In this document: piece after piece, positions 1 through 10,525 of the stretch
Layout of the letters: each line of letters opens with the position of its first letter
Position numbering within the stretch: position 1 is the first letter of the stretch
Origin: Mobula hypostoma
Lineage: Eukaryota
Reading direction: 5' to 3'
DNA length: 64,000 nt
Assembly (NCBI RefSeq): GCF_963921235.1
Contig: NC_086118.1
Coordinates: 17,238,001-17,302,000, forward strand
The notes under the pieces: generated by a model
Seen by the model: the letters and a program-made list of their open reading frames with translations, nothing else
Databases searched by the model: none
Told to the model about the DNA's origin: nothing
Translations under genes and position numbers: made by a program

Positions 1-135
1 GAGCTACAGGTCCAGACTCTGTGCCGGAGGCACGGCCACTGTCGCTTCCCTCGGGTAAGCTGTCCCCCCCAACAGTACTCAAACAGGAGTACCTATTGTT
101 AAGGGGCACAGCCACCGGGGTACTCTCTATTACCT
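1..135 (-). mobile_element. CR1 LINE ORF1 fragment, truncated by window edge
   Basis: Minus strand reads VPLNNRYSCLSTVGGDSLPEGSDSG; similar to the CR1 ORF1 segments at about 48850-48930 and 50570-50680. Confidence 0.7.
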
Positions 136-691
136 TAAAAAGACTTTAAGAGCTATGTGCATCTTCTGTTTTGACTTCTGCTCCAGTTATACCAGCTACT
201 GCTGTTGGTTGAATGTTAAAAACATCCAATAAAAGGTATTTTTTACTATCTTTATCCTTGTTATTTCATTCACTGGCAATATAAAAGAGACCATACTCAC
301 CACATTTTTTCTGTTTGCATAACCATCCACTCTCTTGCGTAGCATTAGGAAAACCCCAATAAAATTACATAAAGCATCTCAAACGGTTCTGATTATCATT
401 TATTTTCAAAAAACTCTCCTTTAATCTGCTAGATGCCTAGGAAGAGGAGAAAATTGTAATTCTCAATGAACAGTTTAAAACAGCCACCATATAGCATTTT
501 GTCTCACAAAGGTCTCTCGTAGCAAACATCAGCACATCCATTCCAGGAGATTAGAATGTAGAACAGTACAGCACTGAACAGGTCATTTGGCCCATGATAT
601 TGTACCAATATTGATGTCAATTTGTACTAAGTTTCATCACCCAGTGTATCTGGAGAGCAGTCTGCAATGTACAACGTGCTACATGTTTCCT

Positions 692-880
692 GGAGACACA
701 AGAGATTGGAGGTGCTGGAACCTGGAGCAACATGCAAGGTGCTGGAGGAACTCAGCACTTCAGACAGTGCCTGCAGAGGACAATAGACCGTTGATATTTC
801 AACCAAAACCAGACGAAACAATGGCAGCTTATTCTCTCCGCTGATGCTGCCTAACCTACTGAGTTCCTCCTGCTTCACAC
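692..880. mobile_element. Fold-back pair of Penelope pLTR halves
   Basis: gctggaggaactcagc (about 741) is inverted relative to ctgagttcctcctgc (about 859-873); both match the pLTR of the Penelope copies at 4005 and 30465. Confidence 0.65.
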
Positions 881-933
881 TTGTTGCCACCTGTGACCTT
901 GAACCATAACTGAAAATGAAAGTCAGGTAAGGT

Positions 934-1184
934 TGTTGTGTATTTAATATTTCAGTTATATTTGAGTAATCTTCTGTGTATCTAGAGATTGATTAAGCAT
1001 TCTTGTTCATTTAGCTAATTAATTAAGGGTTATATGCCTAAATGTGTGAATTGCATACATCATCACGCTCCTGCGTGACACATGCGTGCCTCGCTTAAAG
1101 TAAACACGAAGTTAGACCCGCATTCTCAGACTCCCATGTCTTCCTTTGAATTAGTTTAATGTTTTGAAGTTACAAAACATAACA
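934..1184 (+). mobile_element. Probable solo LTR
   Basis: Termini tgttgtg...cataaca (TG..CA, imperfect inverted ends). gttgt occurs at 932-936 and 1185-1189, a possible 5-bp TSD if the start is 937. Confidence 0.5.
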
Positions 1185-1741
1185 GTTGTAAATTCAGGCA
1201 GAACATCCATAATGTTTGCTGAAGTTCAATTCACGAGCAGTCTGATTTATCATAATTCAGACAGGAATCACAGTTGCCTGATTGTCCACCATTCTCTGGA
1301 TACAGGACAAGTATGCCCAGCAGTAGGGGAATGGCAGAATTCCGGCATGGTGCATGGAGATCCCTTGAGATTAACATCTGATGTCTTTACTGTCCAAGGC
1401 AACCACTATGGCACATATGATTACAAGTCCACCTACTGACCCATCGTAAGTTGGACCATACTTTAGACAAATATCCCATAGCTGATAATGACAATCAGTA
1501 GCCATTCTCTTTATATTCTCCTACATCTGGAACAACACAAGAAAGGAGAACACTTTTGCGAAGGTTAAGCATTAAACTGGAAACTGTACCGGGCATAAAA
1601 AGATATGATAGATTGATTTATACTGGGGGATGTTATGTAAAGATTTAGATCAAAATAAAGATCATGACAATGGAATAGAACACAGGTCTGTAGCGATTAA
1701 GCTTAATAACTGTACGACAGTAATTTTTAAAAGGGTATTTC

Positions 1742-1902
1742 AAACACTCAGAGGTCAGAGAGCATTTATAGAAAGAGAAAAAGAGTTAACATTTCAGGTT
1801 CGAGACCCTTTGGCGGAACTTAAGTATATCGGATCTGAAGCGTAATCTTTCTCTTTCCACAGATGCTGCCTGACCTGCTGAGTACTCACAGTATTTTGTA
1901 TT
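1742..1902. mobile_element. Older fold-back Penelope pLTR pair with decayed hammerhead
   Basis: actcagaggtcagagagcat is inverted to atgctgcctgacctgctgagt; the left arm contains the degenerate aacatttcaggttcgagaccctt. Confidence 0.6.
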
Positions 1903-2029
1903 CTGCTGAAGCTGCTGTCTTCCCCCTTTCTTCATTTAGTTCTACAGCTTCCCCCACCTTAGATATTACACGACAAAAACAAGATGAATGGTGTTGTGCT
2001 TGGCTGAAGAGCCAATGGAGCATCTTCTT

Positions 2030-2640
2030 TGTGTTTTTGGTAGACTGGGGATATCTGGATGTCACCGGCAAAGGCAGCATTTCTTGCTTATTCTTAATCA
2101 CTTTAAGAAAGAGGGTGGTGAGTTACAGTCTTTCTGCTAAAGGTGCTCCCACAGCGCTGTTAGGTAGGGTGCAGGGTTTAGACCAACAATGTGGGAGGCC
2201 GGATTACTTAGTTCCATGTCCCAATGTGCTTGCTGATTATCTCCATCTTGGTGGTGAAGGTCATGGGTTTGCAATGTGCGGTCACAGTAGCCAGGTTGAG
2301 TAACAGTAGCACATTTTACAAATACTACACTTTGCAGCCTCCATATGCCAGTGATAGAGGGAGTGAATGGTTGTTGTGGTATATGGGTATCAATCAAGTG
2401 GACTATTTTGTCCTCGATGGTGTCAAGCTTCTTAAGAGTTGTTGGAGCTGACTTATCCTGATAAGTGGAGAATATTCTGCTGTACTCCTGACTTGTCACT
2501 TGTAGATAGTGGAAAAGTGTTAGGATGTACAGAGATAAATCATTCATCAGAAGATACATAAACTCTGGCCTGCTCTCATAACCATGTGGCTTGTTCATCA
2601 GAGTGTTTGGTCAATGGTGATTTTGAACATGTTGGTGGTT
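2030..2640 (-). mobile_element. Degenerate non-LTR retrotransposon 3' part (CR1/L2 group, clade uncertain)
   Basis: ORF 2137-2598 contains SAPTTLKKLDTIEDKIVHLIDT, an RT C-terminal-like segment, followed by a 3' UTR-like tail. Confidence 0.55.
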
Positions 2641-3053
2641 GAGGAAGCAGGCATAGATCATTAAGCAAGCAGCAAACAATGTGCTGGAAGAGCTCAGGTG
2701 GTCATGCAGCATCAGTGGGAGGAATGAAGTGGGTGACTAGGACTTGGTGTTATACAGGGAGAGCAATGTAAACCTTAGGTTCAGAGGATATTTATTAAAC
2801 AGAATTCAATATTGAATCACATGAGGAGATGTCAGGGCAAGTTAACAGAAACATGGAGAAAGAGGAGGTTTTTAACAAGTGCCTTATAGAAGAGGAGGGA
2901 GAGGGAGGGGGAGGAGTGGGTGAGGAAGAGAATGAAGACATCACTTCTGAAGGTATAGTTGAGACAAAGATGCATACAGTGTTTAATAATGAATTGGAAA
3001 ATAATTCTTTAAAAGCAGATATGAACAAATGGTGTGTTTTTGAGTTTTGAAAT

Positions 3054-3636
3054 GAAGCCTCTGTCAGTCAGGGTTGACCATGGAAATTACATCCTAGCTG
3101 TCTAGATACACAAACCAGGGCAATATCATATGGAGAGCAAGCTGTTGCCCATGTAGCAAGCTCCCCCTCTCCATGCATCTGATGAACACAAAGCAACAGC
3201 AGAGACCAATGCATTTCGGTACCAGCAGCGGCGCAGGAGTTGCCAGTCAGTGTTGAACTCAACATAGGGCTGCTTTTCAGGTTCCAGCTCCCTCAGGATT
3301 TACTCCCGAAGCCTTCCCCATGAGTGGGTTTAGCCACAGGCCAATGGGGGTTGGCGATCAGAGTTTTCCTTCTTTTAGATGAGCCGCCAACCACGGCTGA
3401 TGAGCCCCATCTGCCAAAGCGACTGGTTCTAAGGCGCCAGTAAACCACCTTTGCCTCTTCACCTGTCAGTAGAAATGGTTCCGCAGGGCTTAATAGCTAA
3501 GCCACATGTGAAGGCCAGGAGCTGGACTGGGTTGTCAGGGGCTATTTGAGGTGCATGCCATTGGGAGCGTTTAATAGGCAGTGGGAGCTTGCACCCCTCC
3601 CATTCACACCCCCAGCTTTAACAACCTTCAGGAACC
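3054..3636 (-). mobile_element. Non-autonomous RTE-type element (5' UTR plus 3' tail, no ORF)
   Basis: Minus strand carries the RTE 5'UTR-like motif ggggctcatcagccgtggttggcggctcatctaaaagaaggaaaactctga. A second, 5'-truncated copy lies at 31959-32330. Confidence 0.65.
3460..3636 (-). ncRNA. Candidate HDV/CPEB3-like ribozyme, P4-less, with long J1/2 and L3 insertion (decayed copy)
   Basis: P1 GGTTCC (3636-3631)/GGAACC (3482-3477); P2 CTCCTG/CAGGTG (5/6); P3 GCC/TGC (2/3); L3 begins TTCACAT; then AT-TTCTA-CTGA before the P2 3' strand. Confidence 0.55.
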
Positions 3637-4311
3637 ATTAAAATAAGACATTAAAATAATGTTAGTGAGACCACAGAAAGGGTAAAATGTTATTCTCATT
3701 ATCACTTGATCAAGTAACAAGTCACCAGCCTTCATTACTGTGTAGAATTGTTGATGATGGGGAAGTCTGGCACTTACTGAGGAGTAAAAAAATAGCAAAG
3801 GATCACAGTAAGTTAAAAGGCAACCCTTCAGCATTCTCGTTTTCACATTTCAGTGGCCTAGGAAAGAGATCAAGAACATTTGACTTGCCTGCTCTCAGTG
3901 ATAGGTAGTCCAGGAAAGAGCAAAAAGGAAAAGAGACTTCACAGATCCCTGCAAAAACAAATTTCTTTCAGAATTAAATAAGCTGACTGCTCTGTAGAAG
4001 TGCAAACACAAAATAATCTGCAGATGCTGTTGTCAAAGGAACACTCACAACTGGAGGAACTCAGCAGGTCAGTCAGCATCAGTTGAAAAGATTAGTCGAC
4101 GGTTTGTGCCGAAACCCTTCGTCAGGACTGAAGGAAGAACTTTGGGGAGGGTTTGAAGAATGCTGGTAGTTGAAAAAAACGGTAATTTTTAAGACAAAGG
4201 GGTGGGGTAGGGGAAGCAGGGAGGTGATTGGCAGGAGAACAATAGTAGAAGGAGGCAGAACTATGAGGGAGGTGATGCGAAATAGGGATAGAGGAAGGGA
4301 GGGGGAGGGAA

Positions 4312-5250
4312 TTACTGGAAGTTGGAGAATTCTATGTTCATACCAAGGGGCTGGAGACTACCTAGATGGTATAAGAGGTGTTGCTCCTCCAACCTGAGTT
4401 TAGCCTCATCATGGCAGTAGAGGAGGCCATGTATGGACATATCTGAATGGGAATGGGAAGCAGAGTTGAAGTGGGTGGCTACCGGGAGATCCTGTCTGTT
4501 GTGGCGGACGGAGTGGAGGTGCTCGACGAAGCGGTCCGCCAATCTGCGTCGGGTTTCACCGATGTAGAGGAGGCCGCACTGGCAGCACTGGATGCAATAG
4601 ATGACCCCAACAGATTCGCAAGTGAAGTGTTGCCTCACCTGGAAGGACTGTTTGGGGCTCTGAATGGTGGCAGGAGAGGAGGTGTAGGGACAGGTGTAGC
4701 ACTTACGCTTACAGGGATAAGTGCCGGGTGGGAGATCCGTGGGGATGGACGTGCGGATAAGTGAGTCCCGGAGGGATCGATCCCTGCGGAAACTGGAGAG
4801 GGAAAGATGTGCTTAGTGGTGGGGTCCTGTTGAAGGTGGCGGAAGTTGCGGAGGATAATGTGCTGGATCCAGAAGCTGGTGGGGTGGTAGGTGAGGACAA
4901 GGGGAACTCTGTCCCTGTTGTGGTGGCGGGAAGATGGGGTGAGGGCTGAAGTGCGGGAAATGGAGGAGATGCGGGTGAGGGCATCATTGATCACTGTAGA
5001 AGGGAAACCACGATCTTTAAAGAAAGAGGACATTTGAGATGTCCTGGAACGGAAAGCCTCATCCTGGGAGCAGATGCAGCAGAGGTGGAGGAACTGGGAA
5101 TAGGGAATGGCATTTTTACATGTGGCGGGGTGGGAAGAGGTATAGTTGAGGTAGTTATGAGAGTCAGTGGGCTTGTAGAAGATGTCAGTGGACAGTCTGT
5201 CTCCAGAGATGGAGACCGAGACTTCGAGAAAGGGGAGAGAAGTGTCAGAG
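4312..5250 (-). pseudogene. Penelope RT C-terminus plus GIY-YIG endonuclease, frameshifted
   Basis: GVIYCIQCCQCGLLYIGETRRRLADRFVEH...GMNIEF (ORF 4312-4638); RDRVPLVLTYHP (ORF 4635-5033). Confidence 0.9.
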
Positions 5251-5331
5251 ATAGTTTACCCCTTTGTCTTAAAAATTACTGTTTTTTTCAACTACCAGCA
5301 TTCTTCAAACCCTCCCCAAAGTTCTTCCTTC

Positions 5332-5367
5332 AGTCCTGACGATGGGTTTCGGCCGGAAACGTCGACT
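5332..5367 (+). ncRNA. Minimal type I hammerhead motif in inverted pLTR
   Basis: AGTC-CTGACGA-TGGGTTTCGGCCG-GAAAC-GTC-GACT: core intact, stem II weakened. Confidence 0.65.
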
Positions 5368-6048
5368 AATCTTTTCAACTGATGCTGACTGACCTGCTGA
5401 GTTCCTCCAGCGCATTGTGAGTGTTCTGTAGAAGTGCACTTTCTGTTTGTACTCAAATCTATGAATCAATTAGCTTCTGTAGTAATTTTGTGATTGCTTT
5501 TACTTTGACATCTGTGAGATTACATGACTTGCAACATTTTCATTGGCCTTCGTAGCTTTAACTGAAGGTAAATTGAAAGTTTGTTTGAGTTTCCTCTTCC
5601 TCTTCTTATCCTTGAAACCATCTTCTCTCTAAAATTAGTTGAGTTCAGACTACTGCCATTGCTGTGTTACCCCACACACAAGTCCTAAAGGATGCAAGTT
5701 GCCTTGGAACAGTGGGAAGGTTGGAGAGGAGATGCAGATTTTTTCACCCAGAGAATGATAGGGTTCTGGAACACACTCTCTGTAAAACATGATTCATGTG
5801 GACAGAAGCATTATGTTAAAACCATATTTGGAACTGTGCTTCAGGAGCAGTAATCCATAGGGGTACCAATTGAGAGCAGGAATGAAGGATGGAGTTGGAA
5901 AGTTCGCTATCGATCACCAGTGACATAACCTTACACCCTATCGTCTACCTGCACTGCACTTCCTCTAATTGTAACACTTTGTTACTGTTTTCTCTTCTGC
6001 TACCTCAGTGCACTCTTGTAATGAATTGATCTACATGAGCGATATGCA

Positions 6049-6160
6049 AACACAAGAGGTTTCACAGATGCTGGAGGAAGAGTCGCTGCCTGAATCTTTG
6101 ACTATTTATTCCCCTCCATAGATGCTGCCTGACTTGCTGAGTTCCTCCAGCATTTTGTGC
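6049..6160. mobile_element. Penelope pLTR remnant inserted in a Rex1-like 3' tail
   Basis: gatgctgcctgacttgctgagttcctccagcattttgtg with a short inverted arm; flanked by the imperfect repeat tgagcgatatgcaa / tgaacagtatgcaa. Confidence 0.55.
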
Positions 6161-8292
6161 ACTTTGAACAGTATGCAAGACCAGAAATTCATTGTGCTGT
6201 ATCTCAGTAAATATGACAACAATAAACCAATTTACCAACTTAGCAGTGATGGGCTAAATGGTCTCCTCTGTGTTTTTTTTTATATAATACTATGACTGAA
6301 TGGTAAAAAATGAGAACAGGTTTTATTCCAGGTCTCATTCCGACTTCTCCACCATTGATGTATTGCATGTATTTTGGTCTGGATGTTGCTGGCTTAGAAA
6401 AGCAACTTACCGCATGGCAGCCAATCCTTTAGGCCATTCCTATAACATATCAGATCGAAAAGCTGGTGCCTATCACAGGATTAGAATGTCTCAGTTTATG
6501 GATCAGAGCCCCTTGGCCAAGGAATAGAACAAGACCTAAAAAGGGAATGAGAATAGATATAAGATAATCAAGAGAAAAGGAATGAATATCATTATCAGGA
6601 CCTGAGAAGATGGTAAAAAGTGTATTGATATTTTTTCAGTTGAATGTTAAATAAATATCCTAATCTTTGACATCTGAATTCTGATCTGCGGTTTATTTAT
6701 ATGGACCAAGAAATCGTAAATTACTGATAGAAGAGTTACAGGTTAATAGGCACAGGCCATCAAGTCAGACTTCTTATTTAAGATAGCTTCCCTCTTGAGA
6801 TGAAGTAAATAATCAAGGTGGCTAAAGTACAGAATGGCGCCAAAGCGTAAGTAGAATATTGCTGAGCAAGTAAATATTTAGTGATAAGTTAAATCACTCC
6901 TTTGTATCAGGTTATTCGCGTTATCACGAGCTACAATCTCCTGATGTGGAAATGATGGTGGATTTGATAAATATTATGAAGCCTCAGCACCAATAATGCT
7001 GAATAAAGATACATGAGAAAGATCTCGATGCATCAGATTATGCATAAAACTGCATGATTAACATTAACAATTACACACCCATCAGCTCTCACCCTTAGTC
7101 AATAAACACCATAGTATAAATGTGCACAGTTGTGGCCTGGATTGCAATATATTAAGGCATTCAAGTTCAGCAGTCACTGCAAACTATATTTCCATGGACT
7201 TGATTAGTATCTTAAGAACTGAAATGGAAAATAGACAACAAGCTGCATTTGCAGGGGGTGCTGCACAACCCACTGATTCTTCCAACACTTTATTTTGTTT
7301 GCTCCATATTCCATCATCTCTTGAGTAACACTCACAAAATGTATGTGTTGCTCAAGATATCCAGCATTTTCCTTGACTGCATTCACATCTTGTTTTTCTA
7401 CAGCAGAATTTGTGCAGAAAGTATAATGTCAGAGTTTAACAATGTTGTTGAACCGTGCGATCAATAGGTAGTTGGATAGATGACACCATTTTGCATACTG
7501 TTAATTAAATATTATCAGCCAGTAAAACCTGTTGTCATTGGACTTTGATGGTCCTACATTGGAAAGACTGTCACTGTGAATTTCACAGTCAACATTTGCA
7601 GCTGGTGAAGCAAAGCTCAATCGATTTTTTTGTAATCTGTACAATTTTGTGAGTGTGTGCTTTTCTAATGAAAGATCCTGCACCAGCAGCTCATGAAAGT
7701 CCAGTCCAATTCATTATTTTCTTTCTTCATAAATTTATGGGCCTATCACAAAAATATGTGTGTATTCCAATGGAAGTGTAACAAAGTTTTTTTTTCATAA
7801 AATGTTCTTGATAAGAGTAGCCAAGATAAACCAATGAGGTCCACCTAAATGTTATGTGGCCTCATGAAATTGCTTCTTCCTGATAGCTGGCAACAATGCA
7901 TATCACATTCACTAAGGCATTTTCCACTGGAAATTGCAGTTGAAATTGTAACTCCCTTGAGGTGCTCGAAGTTTAATCTTAAATGCGAACATTAACTTAA
8001 TAGAACAAATCTCCATGTTGCAAAATCCATGTTACCAGAAAATCATGGTGCTGTTTACTTAACACGATAAAATTCTATGGGCTAAATTTGCAGGCTATGG
8101 CCAGAGGTTTTGAAAGGGACCGTCAGTTTTCTGTGGTTCAGCCTTGAAGAATTCCCCAGCCAGCATTATATCGTGAAGTTGCTGCTTAAATCCAACGGGA
8201 GATTAGACCAACAGTAAGATTGGAGACCACATCCATTCTCAGCCAGTGGAATTATGAAGATAAGCTTTTGTCTTTTGATTTAAATTTGATTT

Positions 8293-9300
8293 GATTTTAT
8301 ACTTTATACTTCATTGTCGCCAAACAATTGGTACTAGAACGTACAATTATCACAGCGATATTTGATTCTGCGCTTCGCACTCCCTGGATTACAAATATTA
8401 AATATTAAAAATAGTAAAAATAAGTAAATATTAAAAATTTAAATTATAATTCATAAATATAAAATAGAAAAATGGAAAGTAACGTAATGCAAAAAAACTG
8501 AGAGGCAGGTCCGGATATTTGGAGGGTACGGCCCAGATCCAGGTCAGGATCCGTTCAGCAGTCTTATCACAGTTGGAAAGAAGCTGTTCCCAAATCTGGC
8601 CGTATGAGCTCTTCAAGCTCCTGAGCCTTCTCCCGGAGGGAAGAGGGACGAAAACTGTGTTGGCTGAGTGGGTTGTGTCCTTGATTATCCTGGCAGCACT
8701 GCTCCAACAGCGTGCAGTGTAAAGTGAGTTCACGGATGGAAGATTGGTCTGTGTGATGTGCTGCACCGTGTTCACAATCTTCTGCAGCTTCTTTCGGTCT
8801 TGGACAGGACAACTTCCATACCAGGTTGTGATGCACCATAGAAGAATGCTTTCCACGGTGCATCTATAAAAATTAGTGAGGGTTTTAGGGGACAGGCCAA
8901 ATTTCTTTAGTTTTCTCAGGAAGTAAAGGCACTGGTGGGCCTTCTTGGCAGTGAACTCTGCTTGGTTGGACCAAGTCAGGTCATTTGTGATATTGACCCT
9001 GAGGAACTTAAAGCTTTTGACCTGTTCCACTTGTGCACCACCAATGTAAATTGGGTCATGCGGTCCACTACTCCTGAAGTCAACAACCAATTCCTTCGTC
9101 TTGCTGACGTTGAGGGATAGGTTACTGTCTTCGCACCATGCCACCAGGTTCTTAATTTCCTCTCTGTACTCAAACTCAGCATTACCCGAGATATGACCTA
9201 CAATTGTTATGTCATCAACAAACTGATATATTGAGTTTGATGGAAACTTCGCTACACAATCATGGGCGTACAGTGAGTACAGCAGGGGGCTGAGTACACC
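8293..9300 (-). mobile_element. Rex1/Babar LINE 3' portion (RT C-terminus plus 3' UTR)
   Basis: ORF 8431-9393: GVLSPLLYSLYAHDC, QFVDD (degenerate YADD), LSLNVSKTKELVVDFR, FYRCTVESIL; short (tataaag)-type tail. Confidence 0.88.
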
Positions 9301-9664
9301 CTTGAAAAAGAGAGGTGTCCCAAGGTCCAAATAAAGTGAGCTTGGCAGGTGGGTAGACATGTGAGCCACAGCCAGCTGGATCTGCCCAAACACCCATTCG
9401 GCATACGGACCAGGCCAGCGATGTTATTGATAATTTTGGTCTATCATTGACCACACTGATAAGGTTGTTGCCTCTGCAGAATCATTCCTGACCAGATCCT
9501 CACAAATCATGCACAACTGCATTTATTTTTAGGGAGAGGGCCAACACTTACTTGAGAAAGACGGGTAGCGGTTTCAGTTAGGTGCATGGAACGATCGTTT
9601 GGATGGAGTGATTGCAGCAGGCCTATGAACTACATTTAAAATGTGCTTTGCCAGTGTAAGAACA

Positions 9665-9875
9665 GTAAACAACTCAGTAAACAATTCCCGTGGCAGATAG
9701 TAGGGACGACACTTCACCGACAGGTGTTCTAGGTCCAGGCTGCAGGAGCTTGTCAGTGCCACTGTGTCTGAGCACTATGCAGTGTTGATCAGTAGGCAGA
9801 CACCACGTCCCCTCGTGCAGTCCATCCGATGGATCGAAAATCCCTCCGGTCGGATGGCACAGTTGGGGGTGGCAG
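9665..9875 (-). mobile_element. Rex1/Babar AP-endonuclease fragment
   Basis: SSCSLDLEHLSVKCRPYYLPRELF is a typical Rex1 APE segment. Confidence 0.7.
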
Positions 9876-9969
9876 GTTTTTCGTGATTTTGAAATATTTT
9901 TTATCAACTTTCAGAACTATTTTATTTGTAATTATTTACATGAACATTAATAGCTTTTAGATATTTCCG

Positions 9970-10120
9970 CAACACACATAAAAGTTGCTGGTGAACGCAA
10001 CAGGCCAGTCAGCATCTCTAGGAAGAGGTACAGTCGATGTTTTGGGCTGAGACCCTTCGTCAGGACTAACTGAAAGAAGAGCTAGTAAGAGATTTGAAAG
10101 CGGGAGGGGGAGGGGGAGAT
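9970..10120 (-). mobile_element. Solo Penelope pLTR fragment with decayed hammerhead
   Basis: Near-identical to 30503-30652; minus strand AGTC-CTGACGA-AGGGTCTCAGCCC-AAAAC-ATC-GACT (GAAA lost). Confidence 0.85.
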
Positions 10121-10267
10121 TTTGACTGTTTTTGATTATTCAGTGGCCTCACAATCTTGTACAGAAGTTAATGGTCTGCACCCAGGTTTGACTTCTGGCG
10201 GGACAGTATCTTGGCAAAGCATCATCTGATGCCAAATCACCATCTGGATCTGATTGCTAGATTGATT

Positions 10268-10525
10268 GAGATACAGCATGGAATAGGCTCTCCTGGTCCT
10301 TCAAGCCCCCCCCCCCCCCAGCAACCCCTGATTGAACCCTAGTCTAACCATGGGACAATTTGCAATGACCAATTAACCTACCAACCGGTCGATCTTTGGA
10401 CTGTGGAAGGAAATCAATGCGGTCATGGGTTGAACGTACAAACTCCTTACAGGCAACGGTGGGAATTGAACCCGGGTTGCTAGTATTGTAAAGCGTAGAC
10501 CTAAGCACTATGCTACTGAGCCGCT
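10268..10525 (-). mobile_element. tRNA-derived V-SINE-like element (HE1-like)
   Basis: ctttggactgtggaaggaaa, aacgtacaaactccttaca and gaattgaacccggg (B-box on minus strand); CR1-like tail. Confidence 0.65.

Larger units (their letters stand above)
4005..5424 (-). mobile_element. 5'-truncated Penelope-like element with 3' pLTR and inverted 5' pLTR
   Basis: GIY-YIG ORF remains; inverted repeat about 4040-4203 vs about 5258-5424; 14-bp direct repeat tctgtagaagtgca at 3991-4004 and 5425-5438. Confidence 0.92.

Noticed and set aside
3397..3425. ctgatga as a hammerhead core (also about 3179 and 32088)
   Set aside because: No stem II followed by GAAA, and it lies antisense to the element.
3450..3525. 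Twister ribozyme reading of the RTE-type leader
   Set aside because: Lacks the UAA cleavage context and the CCC/GGG pseudoknot; the HDV-type order fits better.
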